Positions 33,251 through 41,984 of a stretch of DNA of 64,000 nucleotides are shown here, piece by piece. Position numbers and translations under genes: made by a program. The notes beneath the pieces were generated by a model. It worked only from the letters and a program-made list of their open reading frames with translations, had not been told where the DNA came from and made no database searches. Each line of letters begins with the position of its first letter. The first letter of the stretch is position 1. The stretch spans positions 86,899-150,898 of the forward strand of contig CAWARY010000020.1 of assembly GCA_963784645.1 (NCBI GenBank), written 5' to 3'. This DNA is from an uncultured Actinomycetota bacterium (GTDB lineage Bacteria > Actinomycetota > Actinomycetes > JACCUZ01).

Positions 33251-33550
33251 TTAGGCCGCGCACTCCTTGCAGATCAGCTGTCCCTTGACTTCCTTGGCCA
33301 GCTGGCTGCGGTGGTGCACGAGGAAGCAGCGCGAGCACGTGAACTCGTCTGCCTGGCGCGGGAGGACCCGCACCGAGAGCTCCTCGTTGGACAGATCTGC
33401 GCCGGGCAGCTCGAGGGACTCGGCCAGGTCGGTCTCGTCCACGTCCACAGCGCTCGCGGACTTGTCCTGCCGGCGTGCCTTCAGCTCCTCGAGACTGTCC
33501 TCGGACATCTCGTCATCGGTCTTGCGGGGCGAGTCGTAATCGGTCGCCAT
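33251..33550 (-). CDS. DUF4193 domain protein
   Basis: MATDYDSPRKTDDEMSEDSLEELKARR...FTCSRCFLVHHRSQL...LICKECAA is the canonical DUF4193 signature with a C-terminal Cys pair. Confidence 0.65.
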   Translation of the reverse strand: MATDYDSPRKTDDEMSEDSLEELKARRQDKSASAVDVDETDLAESLELPGADLSNEELSVRVLPRQADEFTCSRCFLVHHRSQLAKEVKGQLICKECAA

Positions 33551-33905
33551 GGTGGAGAAGTCACCCCAGATGCTCGTACGTGCGGTGGTGTTGCGGGCGG
33601 TGTAACGCACGACCGCTCCGGTTTGTGCCCGGTGGCGCCACCCGGTTGCGCCGGTCCCGCGCCAGGGGCCACGCCCGCAGCGCGAGCGCGGAGACTAGCG
33701 GATCGCCGCCGATCCCGCTGCCGGCGGTCCAGGGCGTGGCCACCAGGCGCCACCGGGCGGCAGGCGAGTTCACGCAGTATTCACCCGGACAGCGTCCACG
33801 GGTGGGTGACGCCCCTCACGATCAAGGTGTTTCCAGGCTCCGGAGCCCTGGGTAGGGACCCCGCAGCTTCTCCGGATGTCCTCCGGCGGTGAGAGGGTGA
33901 CCAGC

Positions 33906-34064
33906 ATGAGCGTGTTCCATCAGGAGATCCAGCTCCGCCTGGAGTCGGCCACCCAGTCCCTCCACGAGGCCGAGCGTGACGGCGACGACTACCTGGCGCA
34001 GGTCCGGCTCGGCGAGATCGAGTCGCTGACCCGGCTGGCCCAGGAGCACGACGCCGTCGCCTGA
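33906..34064 (+). CDS. Small hypothetical protein of about 52 aa
   Basis: Translation is MSVFHQEIQLRLESATQSLHEAERDGDDYLAQVRLGEIESLTRLAQEHDAVA. GAGGG lies 8 nt upstream. It is predicted to be helical. Confidence 0.35.
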   Translation: MSVFHQEIQLRLESATQSLHEAERDGDDYLAQVRLGEIESLTRLAQEHDAVA

Positions 34065-34091
34065 CGGCTCCGGGTCGCGCGGCCGTCCCCG

Positions 34092-34910
34092 TCAGGCCAG
34101 CGGGTCCCTGTCGGCGTCCCACGACTCGAGCAGGCCGAGCAGCTCGCCCACCAGCGGCTCCCGGCCCGCCACCACGAGGCGCTCACCCGCCGCCCTCCCG
34201 TGCAGTCCGGTGACCCGGACGCCGGCCTCCTCCGCCACGAGACCACCGGCGGCGAGGTCCCACGGCTTGAGGCCCTGCTCGTAGTACCCGTCGACCCGGC
34301 CGGTGGCCACCGCGCAGAGGTCGAGGGACGCCGCACCGACCCGGCGCACGTCCCGGACCAGGGGCAGCAGGGCGCTCAGCAGCTCCGCCTGCCGCGCCCG
34401 CCTCAGCGGGTCGTAGCCGAAGCCGGTGGCGATCAGCGCCAGGTCCAGGGCGGGGACGGCGACCGCGGGCAGGGCCGTGCCGTCGAGCCAGGCACCGTGG
34501 CCGCGGGCCGCGGTCCAGACCTCCCCGACGGCCGGGTTCACCACGGCACCCGCGACCACCCGGCCGTCGATGCTCGCCGCGATGCTGACGGCGTACGCCG
34601 GGATCTCGTAGAGGTAGTTGACCGTGCCGTCGATCGGGTCGACCACCCATCGGACACCGCTGGTGCCGTCCCGGGCGCCGCCCTCCTCGCCGAGGAAGCC
34701 GTCGTCGGGGCGGGCAGCGGTGAGCCGCTCGAGGATCAGCTGCTCGGACCGGGTGTCCATCTCGGTGACGATGTCCGTGCTCGTCGTCTTGGTGTCCGAG
34801 ACACCGAGACCCCGGGGACGCTGCTCGACGACCAGGCGCCCGGCCTCGCGGGCCACCTGCTCCGCCAGCTCCATCAGCGCGCGCGGGTCGTCCGCGGCGT
34901 CCGGTGTCAT
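34092..34910 (-). CDS. Inositol monophosphatase family protein (SuhB/ImpA/HisN-like)
   Basis: The IMPase motifs WVVDPIDGT and the downstream metal-binding D are present. Confidence 0.8.
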   Translation of the reverse strand: MTPDAADDPRALMELAEQVAREAGRLVVEQRPRGLGVSDTKTTSTDIVTEMDTRSEQLILERLTAARPDDGFLGEEGGARDGTSGVRWVVDPIDGTVNYLYEIPAYAVSIAASIDGRVVAGAVVNPAVGEVWTAARGHGAWLDGTALPAVAVPALDLALIATGFGYDPLRRARQAELLSALLPLVRDVRRVGAASLDLCAVATGRVDGYYEQGLKPWDLAAGGLVAEEAGVRVTGLHGRAAGERLVVAGREPLVGELLGLLESWDADRDPLA

Positions 34911-34912
34911 GG

Positions 34913-36001
34913 TCACGCCCCGCAGAGCGCGGGTCGGTCGGCGTCGCGGGCGTTCGGGCAGCAGCCGGCCGGGCACACGTCGTGGCTCGGGCCGAGCTCG
35001 CCGAGCGACGCCCGTCGCGGCCTCTCCCCGCGCACGACCGCCGCCCGCTCCAGCACCAGCTCCCGGACGGCCGCGACGAAGCGGGGGTCGGTGCCCACCG
35101 TCGCCGCCCGCGTCACCGGCAGGCCGATCCGCCTCGCGGTCTCGAGCGCCTCGGTGTCGAGGTCGTACTTCACCTCCATGTGGTCGGAGACGAAGCCGAT
35201 CGGCACCAGGACGGCGGCCGCGACCCCGTCGGCCTGCAGGAGCTCCAGGTGGTCGTTGACGTCCGGCTCCAGCCACGGCTGGTCCGGGGGGCCGCTGCGG
35301 CTGCAGTAGACGAGGTCGAGGACGTGGTCGACCCCTGTCGCGGCGGCCACCCCAGCGGTGACGAGCCGGGCCACGTCGCGGTGCTGGGTGCTGTAGGCGA
35401 AGCCGTCCGGGCCGCTGCCCTCGTCCATCGACGTCGGCACCGAGTGGGTGACGAACACCAGCCGCGCGTCGGCGCGCACCGGTTCGGCGAGCTCACCGAG
35501 GGCCGTGACCGTCGCGGCCACCATCGCCTCGACGAAGCCCGGGTGGTTGAAGTAGTGCCGGATCCGGTCGATCACGGGTGCCCGGCCGCCGAGCGGCGCT
35601 GCTGCGGCGGCGAGGTTCTCGCGGTACTGCCGGCAGCCGGAGTACGACGAGAACGCCGACGTCAGCAGGGCGAGCACGCGGGTGCGGCCGTCGTCGGCGA
35701 TGCGGGCGAGCTCGTCCGCGAGGTACGGCGCCCAGTTGCGGTTGCCCCAGTACACCGGCAGGTCGAGCCCGTGCGCCGTGAACTCGGCCTCCAGGGCAGC
35801 GGCCAGGGCGCGGTTCTGCGCGTTGATGGGGCTGACGCCGCCGAAGCCGAGATAGTGCTCGCCGACCTCCAGCAGCCGCTCGCGAGGGATGCCGCGACCA
35901 CGCGTGACGTTCTCCAGGAACGGCAGGACGTCGTCGGGGCCTTCCGGGCCGCCGAAGGACACGAGCAGGAAGGCGTCGTACGGGGCGGTGGCGTCGGTCA
36001 C
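34913..36001 (-). CDS. hemH: Ferrochelatase with a C-terminal [2Fe-2S]-type Cys cluster
   Basis: ...[14 protein letters not shown]...HSVP... are ferrochelatase motifs. The C-terminal CPAGCCPN...C cysteine cluster is as in actinobacterial HemH. The start is GTG 36001. Confidence 0.8.
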   Translation of the reverse strand: MTDATAPYDAFLLVSFGGPEGPDDVLPFLENVTRGRGIPRERLLEVGEHYLGFGGVSPINAQNRALAAALEAEFTAHGLDLPVYWGNRNWAPYLADELARIADDGRTRVLALLTSAFSSYSGCRQYRENLAAAAAPLGGRAPVIDRIRHYFNHPGFVEAMVAATVTALGELAEPVRADARLVFVTHSVPTSMDEGSGPDGFAYSTQHRDVARLVTAGVAAATGVDHVLDLVYCSRSGPPDQPWLEPDVNDHLELLQADGVAAAVLVPIGFVSDHMEVKYDLDTEALETARRIGLPVTRAATVGTDPRFVAAVRELVLERAAVVRGERPRRASLGELGPSHDVCPAGCCPNARDADRPALCGA

Positions 36002-36056
36002 GCACCGATCCTCGCAAGCGGTCGCGGACGACACGGAGTCGGCCCGCTCCCGTACC

Positions 36057-37241
36057 GTGCGGGCCGTGCTCTCGCCGTACCGCAACCTGCTGTCCACACC
36101 CGGCGGGCTGCGCTTCTCCTCGGCCGCGTTCCTGGCCCGGCTGCCCATCGCCATGGTCGGTCTGGGCATCGTCCTGCTCGTCGTCGCGGAGACCGGGCGG
36201 TACGGCCGCGCCGGCGCGTTCTCCGCCGCGTTCGCGCTGGTGAACGCCGGCGCAGCACCCGTCATCGCGCGACTGGTCGACCGGTACGGCCAGCGTCGGG
36301 TGCTGGCGCCGTCGGTCCCCCTGCACTGCCTCGCGCTGGTCATGCTCGTCGCGCTGGTGAGCACCGGGGCACCGGACTGGACGCAGTGGGCCGCCGTGGT
36401 GGTGGCTGCTCTGCTGGGCCCGTCGATCGGCTCGCTGGTACGCGCCCGCTGGGGCTACGTGCTCGGGAACGACCCGCGGCTCGGCACGGCGTACGCCTTC
36501 GAGTCGGTGCTCGACGAGCTGATCTTCGTGCTCGGTCCGCTGATCGTCACCGTCCTGGCGACCGTCGTGGCGCCGCAGGCCGGGCTGCTGGCCGCGGCCG
36601 TCGTCGTGCTGGTCGGCACCGCGACCCTGCTGGCGCACCGCGCCAGCGAGCCACCGCCGTCGGCGCACGGCGACGGGCACCCGTCGGCCCTGCGCAGCGC
36701 GGGACTGCCGGTGCTCATGGTCGTCATGGCGTTCGTCGGCGGCGTGTTCGGCTCGGTCGAGCTGAGCACCATCGCGTTCGCCGACGCGCACGGCCACCGT
36801 GCGCTGGCCGGGCCGCTGCTCGCCTGCTACGCCGGCGGCAGCATGATCTCGGGGCTCGTGTTCGGAGCCGTCCCCTCCGACCTGCCGCGACGCCGGTCGC
36901 TGCTCATCGGGTCTGCGGCGATGACCGCAACCGTCACGGTGCTGCCGTTCGTGCGGAGCATCCCGTTGCTCGCGATGCTGCTGGTCATGTGCGGGGTCGG
37001 CATCGCCCCGACGCTGATCTCCGGGTTCTCCCTGGTGGAGCGGATCGTGCCCTCGTCCGCGGTGACGGAGGGGCTGACGTGGGCGACGACCGGGCTGGTC
37101 GTCGGCTTCTCCACCTCGACCTGGCTGGCCGGCCACCTGGTCGACTCGGCGGGCGTCCCGTGGGCGTTCTCGGTGGCCACGGTGTCGGGGTCGCTGGCGC
37201 TGCTGGCCGGGCTGGCGGCGTACCGGCGGCTGCCGGGCTGA
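36057..37241 (+). CDS. MFS transporter
   Basis: Twelve TM helices, with an MFS signature region near loop 2-3. The GTG start is uncertain. Confidence 0.7.
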   Translation: MRAVLSPYRNLLSTPGGLRFSSAAFLARLPIAMVGLGIVLLVVAETGRYGRAGAFSAAFALVNAGAAPVIARLVDRYGQRRVLAPSVPLHCLALVMLVALVSTGAPDWTQWAAVVVAALLGPSIGSLVRARWGYVLGNDPRLGTAYAFESVLDELIFVLGPLIVTVLATVVAPQAGLLAAAVVVLVGTATLLAHRASEPPPSAHGDGHPSALRSAGLPVLMVVMAFVGGVFGSVELSTIAFADAHGHRALAGPLLACYAGGSMISGLVFGAVPSDLPRRRSLLIGSAAMTATVTVLPFVRSIPLLAMLLVMCGVGIAPTLISGFSLVERIVPSSAVTEGLTWATTGLVVGFSTSTWLAGHLVDSAGVPWAFSVATVSGSLALLAGLAAYRRLPG

Positions 37242-37405
37242 CCGGTTGCCGGCGACGACCGGCCCCTGGCGAGTTGTCGACAAATATCGGCGACCGGCCG
37301 GGCGCGCCTGCGAGGCGCGCCCACGACCGCGGCCTAGGCTCGCGGCAGTCGGAGGACACCCGACAGCTCCGAGGTCGGCACCGCCGACGGGACCGGGAGG
37401 CAGCC

Positions 37406-38272
37406 ATGGGCGACGCAGCGGACGGCGCACCGAAGGTGACCGACCTCCGGCTCGTGGCAGTCACCGACGGCCGCGGTCACCTCGTCCTCGAGGACGACCA
37501 GAGCCGCCAGTTCCGCGTGCCGGTCGACGAGCGCCTCGCCAACGCCCTGCGCTCCCCCGAGCGCCCCCGTTCCGATGGTCCCCGACGAGACGGCCAGCTG
37601 GAGATCGCCTTGGAGAGTCAGCTCAGCCCCCGCGAGATCCAGGCCCGCGTCCGCGCCGGCCACAGCGTCGACGAGGTCGCCATCGCTGCGGGCATCAGCG
37701 CCGAGCGGGTCGAGCGCTACGCCGTGCCCGTCCTGGCCGAGCGGCAGCACGTCGTCGAGCTGGCCCAGCGCGCCCCCGGCCGGCGTGCCAGCGCGGGCAA
37801 GGCGCCAGCCCTGGCCGAGGTCGTCGAGGCGCGGTTGGCCGAGCAGAACGTCGCCGTCGACTCCCTCGCCTGGGACGCCTGGCGCGGCGACGACGGCCGC
37901 TGGGTCGTCAGCGTCACCTACCCGGGCACCGCCCGCGACCGGGTCGCCACCTGGTCCTTCGACCCTCGCGGTCGGGTCCTGGCCGCGGCCGACGACGAGG
38001 CCCGCTGGCTGGCCGGCGACGACGCCACCGAGCGCGTCGCGGACGACCGGCCGACCGCGATCCGGCGGCTGTCCGCCGTGCCCGGCGGCGCCGACGGACG
38101 CCCCGAGGGTCCGGCCGAGGCGCCCGCCCTGCGGGCCGACGAGCCCTACGACCGCGAGGCCGACGAAGCCAGGCACCACGAGCCGCAGCAGGCGGCGGCC
38201 GCGGCGCGCGGTCGCCGGCCGGCCGTCCCGGCCTGGGACGACATCATGTTCGGCCCCCGCCGCCGCGACTGA
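37406..38272 (+). CDS. sepH: Septation protein SepH-like (DUF3071)
   Basis: GGGAGG lies 5 nt upstream of the ATG. The N-terminus, LRLVAVTDGRGHLVLEDDQSRQFRVPVDERL, plus ...SPREIQARVRAGHSVDEVAIAAGISAERVERYAVPV matches the DUF3071 HTH. The C-terminus is Arg/Ala-rich. Confidence 0.6.
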   Translation: MGDAADGAPKVTDLRLVAVTDGRGHLVLEDDQSRQFRVPVDERLANALRSPERPRSDGPRRDGQLEIALESQLSPREIQARVRAGHSVDEVAIAAGISAERVERYAVPVLAERQHVVELAQRAPGRRASAGKAPALAEVVEARLAEQNVAVDSLAWDAWRGDDGRWVVSVTYPGTARDRVATWSFDPRGRVLAAADDEARWLAGDDATERVADDRPTAIRRLSAVPGGADGRPEGPAEAPALRADEPYDREADEARHHEPQQAAAAARGRRPAVPAWDDIMFGPRRRD

Positions 38273-38280
38273 GCCAAGGT

Positions 38281-38342
38281 CCTTGAGTGGCGCGTTGTGG
38301 CTGTATATCGGCCTCAGATCTGCCACTACGCGCCACTCAAGG
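38281..38342. terminator. A 14-bp perfect inverted repeat (CCTTGAGTGGCGCG-N34-CGCGCCACTCAAGG) between the convergent sepH and rhodanese genes
   Basis: Read from the sequence. It starts 9 nt after the sepH stop. The relatively AT-rich spacer contains a nested GTGGC/GCCAC pair. Confidence 0.4.
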
Positions 38343-38469
38343 CATCGGACGTGCCGGGAGGCGTCGCGGGCGGCGGGACGGCGCGACTGCCTCCGCCTGT
38401 CCTTGCTGGTCTGACCTCAGCCATCGGCGGGTGACGCAGTGACAACCCCGCCGGGACGGTGTGGACCCG

Positions 38470-39327
38470 TCAGCCTGGATCGGACCCGGTGGCCACCGGG
38501 CGCGCCGGGTCGGTGACCCAGTCCGACCAGGACCCGGCGTACAGGGCGGCGTGGACGCCGACGGCCTCGAGGGCCAGCACGGTGTGCGCCGCCGTCACGC
38601 CGGAGCCGCAGTAGGCGCCGACGGGTCGGCTGCCGTCCGCACCGACGGCGGTGAACCGGGCCCGCAGCACGTCGAGGTCGAGCAGGGTCCCGTCCGGACC
38701 GGCGTGCTCGCGGGTCGGCAGGCTCACCGCGCCCGGGACGTGGCCGGCGACCGGGTCCAGCGGCTCGGTGTCGCCGCGGTAGCGCTCCCCCGCCCGCGCG
38801 TCGAGCAGGACGCCGTCGCGAGCCAGGGTCGCGGCCGCTTCGGCGTCCAGGATCGGCATGGATCCCGGCCGGGCCACCAGGTCACCCGGCACCGGTGTCA
38901 CGTCGCCCGTCTCGATCGGCATCCCGGCCGCGGTCCAGGCCCGAAGCCCACCGTCGAGCAGCCGCACGTCGGTGTGCCCGAGCCACCGGAGCAGCCACCA
39001 GGCGCGGGCCGCGATCGAGCCCTCGACGTCGTCGTAGACCACCACGGGCCGGCCGCCGCTGACCCCGAGACGTCGCACCGTCGCCTCGGCGGCCCCCGGT
39101 GCGGGGAGGGGGTGCCGCCCACCGGCCCCCGGCGGCGCCGCGAGGTCGTCGTCGAGATCGACCCAGACGGCGCCGGGCAGGTGGCCGGCCGCGTACTCGT
39201 CGTGCAGCCGCAGCCCGGCGGCCCGCCAGCGGACGTCCAGCAGCAGCGGTGGCCGGTCACCGGCCAGCCCGGCGGCGACCGTCGCGACGTCGACGAGCGG
39301 GCTCACCTCAGCCGGTGACGCGGACAT
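38470..39327 (-). CDS. Thiosulfate/3-mercaptopyruvate sulfurtransferase (tandem rhodanese domains)
   Basis: Two rhodanese domains with the catalytic Cys in CGSGVTAAH. The start was chosen at ATG 39327 (MSASPAEV). The track ORF extends to 39399 through the tandem repeat. Confidence 0.75.
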   Translation of the reverse strand: MSASPAEVSPLVDVATVAAGLAGDRPPLLLDVRWRAAGLRLHDEYAAGHLPGAVWVDLDDDLAAPPGAGGRHPLPAPGAAEATVRRLGVSGGRPVVVYDDVEGSIAARAWWLLRWLGHTDVRLLDGGLRAWTAAGMPIETGDVTPVPGDLVARPGSMPILDAEAAATLARDGVLLDARAGERYRGDTEPLDPVAGHVPGAVSLPTREHAGPDGTLLDLDVLRARFTAVGADGSRPVGAYCGSGVTAAHTVLALEAVGVHAALYAGSWSDWVTDPARPVATGSDPG

Positions 39328-40060
39328 CGCCGCGGCGCGGCGGGACGGAATCGCCGCGGCGCGGCGGGACGGAATCGCCGCGGCGCGGCGGGAGGGCACA
39401 GGCCGCGAGGTCGAACGGCAGCGCGTCGGCCTCGAGTGCAGCGACCCGCACCAGCGCCTCCTGCGACGCCGCCGTCATGCGCCGCATGTGGTGCCGTCGG
39501 CAGAGCACCTCGTAGCCCACGGTGTCGCCTGCGGCGGTGTCCCCCACGACGACCTGCTCGCCCTCGACGACCATGACGCCGTTGACGGTGCGGGCGTTGT
39601 GCGTGGCGCGTGAGCCGCACCAGCAGAGCGCCTCGACCTGCGGCACCTGCACCCGGTCGGCCAGCTCGACGAGGCGCTGCGACCCGGGGAACAGGCGGGT
39701 GCGGAAGTCGGCCATGATCCCGAACGCGTACACGTCGACCGCCAGCTCGTCGACGACACGGGCCAGCTGCTCGGCCTGCACCACGCTGTAGAACTGGGCC
39801 TCGTCGCAGATGAGGTAGTCGACCCGTCCGCCGTTGATGCGCTCTCCGGCGACGACATCCCAGAAGTCGAGCTCGTCGGTGACCTCGATGGCCTCGGTCG
39901 AGAGTCCGAGGCGGCTGGACAGCGTCGCAGCGCCGGCCCGGTCCAGCTTGGTGAAGATCAGGCCGCGGCGGCCGCGCTGCCGGTGGTTGTGCTCCATCTG
40001 CAGAGCGAGCGTGGACTTGCCGCAGTCCATCGTGCCGGCGAAGAAGACGAGCTCGGGCAT
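39308..40060 (-). CDS. tdk: Thymidine kinase with a C-terminal extension of about 45 aa containing three PPRRGD(S)V repeats
   Basis: MPELVFFAGTMDCGKST (P-loop), ...YLICDEAQF..., a Zn-ribbon-like C..C...C..H and ...EVLCRRHH are present. The frame stays open to 39308, which is 20 nt inside the rhodanese gene. Confidence 0.8.
   Translation of the reverse strand: MPELVFFAGTMDCGKSTLALQMEHNHRQRGRRGLIFTKLDRAGAATLSSRLGLSTEAIEVTDELDFWDVVAGERINGGRVDYLICDEAQFYSVVQAEQLARVVDELAVDVYAFGIMADFRTRLFPGSQRLVELADRVQVPQVEALCWCGSRATHNARTVNGVMVVEGEQVVVGDTAAGDTVGYEVLCRRHHMRRMTAASQEALVRVAALEADALPFDLAACALPPRRGDSVPPRRGDSVPPRRGDVRVTG
39328..39395. repeat. A 24-bp tandem direct repeat, CGCCGCGGCGCGGCGGGACGGAAT, present as 2 perfect copies plus 1 partial
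   Basis: Read from the sequence. In the tdk frame it encodes PPRRGDSV three times. In the other minus-strand frame it encodes PSRRAAAI three times. Confidence 0.85.
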
Positions 40061-40233
40061 CGCAGGTCGAGACTCCTGGGTGGGGGCTGAGGGGGCTGCC
40101 GCCATCGTGCCACCCCCGCGGGCCCGCGGCGCCGGACGCGTGACCTGGGGCCCGTCGACTCGTTGGCCAGACCGGGACGTCGGTCGCACCGCAGAGGGGA
40201 CGGTGCGACCGACGCTCGGGCACCAGCAACAGG

Positions 40234-41367
40234 TCAGCAGTGCTGGACGAGCAGCGGGACCTCGATCTCGTCCGGGGTGAGCCCGCCGTGCATCCCCACC
40301 AGCCGCAGCACGAACGGCGGGGCCGTCCGCGAGTCGACGACGACGTGGTCGCGCCGCGCCAGCGCGAGCAGGTCGCCCAGCCGGTCCCGCACCTCGTCGC
40401 GCACCACCGGCCCGTAGTAGCCGGCGTCGACGGCAGTGTCCCGGTCGAGCAGCCAGAACGCGTCGCCCAGCGTGGCCTCCCAGGCAGCTCGTACGTCGGC
40501 CAGGGCCCCGTCGCGTACGTGCAGCTGGAGACCCCGCAGGTCGCCGGACAGCGCAGCGACGCCCTGGTCCAGCGCGGGCGTCGTCGCGACGTCCCAGCGG
40601 TTCTCGAACGGCACGTCCAGCATCCCGTGGTCCGAGGTCACCAGCAGGGTCGTCCCCGGTGGCAGTCCCGCCGCGACCTGGGCGGCCCAGACGTCGACCC
40701 GCGCCAGTTCGGCGCGCCATGCGTCACTGCGGTAGCCGGCTCGGTGACCGGTCGCGTCGAGGTCGCCGTAGTACACGTAGACCAGGGCCGGCGCGGACCG
40801 CCGCACGGCGACGTGGGTGGCGGCCACCCGGTCCCCGACGGTCTCGGCGGCCACGTAGTCCCCGCCCCGCAGGCCGGCCTCGGTGAGCCCCTGACCGTCG
40901 AAGACCGCCGGCCCGACGCGGGTGACCGCTACCCCCGCCTCCGCGGCGCGCTCGAACGCCGTCGCGACGGGCTGGAACACGCGCAGGTCGGTCTCGGCCG
41001 GGATGGCGAGCATGTTGACCCGCTGGCCGGAGCCGAGCCGCACGTGCAGACCGGTGACGCCGTGCTCGCCAGGGGTCAGGCCGGTGCCCAGCGAGGTCAG
41101 GGCGATGGGGGTGGTGCTCGGGAAGACCGTGGTGATCTCGGCCGAGGCCGGCGAGTCGAGCAGCCCGGCGAGGAACGGCGCCTGCGCGGCGTGCTCCCGC
41201 AGTGCGATCGTTCCGAGCCCGTCGATCAGCAGGACGACGACGCGACCGGTGGTCGGCAGCGCGGGTCCGGGCCGCTCGCCGGGCAGACCGAGCGAGGTGA
41301 GCACCGCCGGCAGGACGTCGGCCAGCGAGCCACCGCCGTAGCGGGGCGCGGAGGGTAGGTCGGTCAA
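40234..41367 (-). CDS. Alkaline-phosphatase-superfamily protein (nucleotide pyrophosphatase/phosphodiesterase-like)
   Basis: AP-superfamily metal-site motifs are present (VVLLIDGLG, TVFPSTTP, YYGDLDATGH, VTSDHGM). The likely TTG start at 41367 (MTDLPSAPRYGGG) overlaps the upstream stop (TTGA). Confidence 0.7.
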   Translation of the reverse strand: MTDLPSAPRYGGGSLADVLPAVLTSLGLPGERPGPALPTTGRVVVLLIDGLGTIALREHAAQAPFLAGLLDSPASAEITTVFPSTTPIALTSLGTGLTPGEHGVTGLHVRLGSGQRVNMLAIPAETDLRVFQPVATAFERAAEAGVAVTRVGPAVFDGQGLTEAGLRGGDYVAAETVGDRVAATHVAVRRSAPALVYVYYGDLDATGHRAGYRSDAWRAELARVDVWAAQVAAGLPPGTTLLVTSDHGMLDVPFENRWDVATTPALDQGVAALSGDLRGLQLHVRDGALADVRAAWEATLGDAFWLLDRDTAVDAGYYGPVVRDEVRDRLGDLLALARRDHVVVDSRTAPPFVLRLVGMHGGLTPDEIEVPLLVQHC

Positions 41368-41936
41368 CGACCGGTGGCGCGGGAGAGCGCGGCGGCGAAG
41401 CCCAGCAGCCGGGCCACCGCGTCGGCGCCCTCGGCTGCCTCGCTGACCCGCAGCGCGATGTCGTCGGCCGAGGCGGTGCCTGTGTAGCCGTGGTCGGCCT
41501 CGCACTCGGGGTCGGAGCAGCCCGCCGGCTCGAGGTCGAGACGGCTCACCGCACCCCACCCGATGGTGACGGTGACCTCCTGCGGGGCCGAGCCGCCCCG
41601 GTAGCGCACCGGGTCGGTGACGACCCGGTTGACCACGACCGAGCGCACCGAGGACAGCGGCACCGCCTCGGTCGACGCCGTGACGAACGGCGCCGGCGTC
41701 ACCTCGTCGGCCGGGTGGTCGTCGGCGTGGCCGAGCACCAGCCGGCCGGGGGTCAGTACCAGCACGGTGATGTGCCGCCGGACCTCCTCGGCATCGAACG
41801 TCGTCTCCTGGTGAACGACGAACGCCTCGAGCTCGTCACCGGCCACCGCAGCGTCGACGGCATCGGCCACCAGCTCGGGGTAGTAGCCCGCCCGGTCGAT
41901 CGCGGCGCGGAGGCCGGCCAGGGAGGTGTCGGTCAT
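41364..41936 (-). CDS. Conserved hypothetical protein of 190 aa, coupled to the AP-family gene
   Basis: MTDTSLAGLRAAIDRAGYYPELVADAVDAAV... has a protein-like composition. The stop overlaps the downstream TTG. Confidence 0.5.
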   Translation of the reverse strand: MTDTSLAGLRAAIDRAGYYPELVADAVDAAVAGDELEAFVVHQETTFDAEEVRRHITVLVLTPGRLVLGHADDHPADEVTPAPFVTASTEAVPLSSVRSVVVNRVVTDPVRYRGGSAPQEVTVTIGWGAVSRLDLEPAGCSDPECEADHGYTGTASADDIALRVSEAAEGADAVARLLGFAAALSRATGR

Positions 41937-41984
41937 GCAGTCATCCTTGCACCCGGGCCGGCCGGCGGGGCGACGGTCGTGGCG

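Noticed and set aside
34904-38272. 1122-aa plus-strand ORF
   Set aside because: Only the last 288 codons or so (the SepH-like protein, from 37406) are protein-like. The remainder is antisense to suhB/hemH and out of frame with the MFS gene. The translation is Arg/Gly-rich junk.
39328-39399. Rhodanese starting at ATG 39399 (MPSRRAAAIPSRRAAAIPSRRAAA...)
   Set aside because: That start would put a recently duplicated tandem-repeat peptide at the N-terminus. ATG 39327 gives a typical rhodanese N-terminus. The upstream start is kept only as an alternative.
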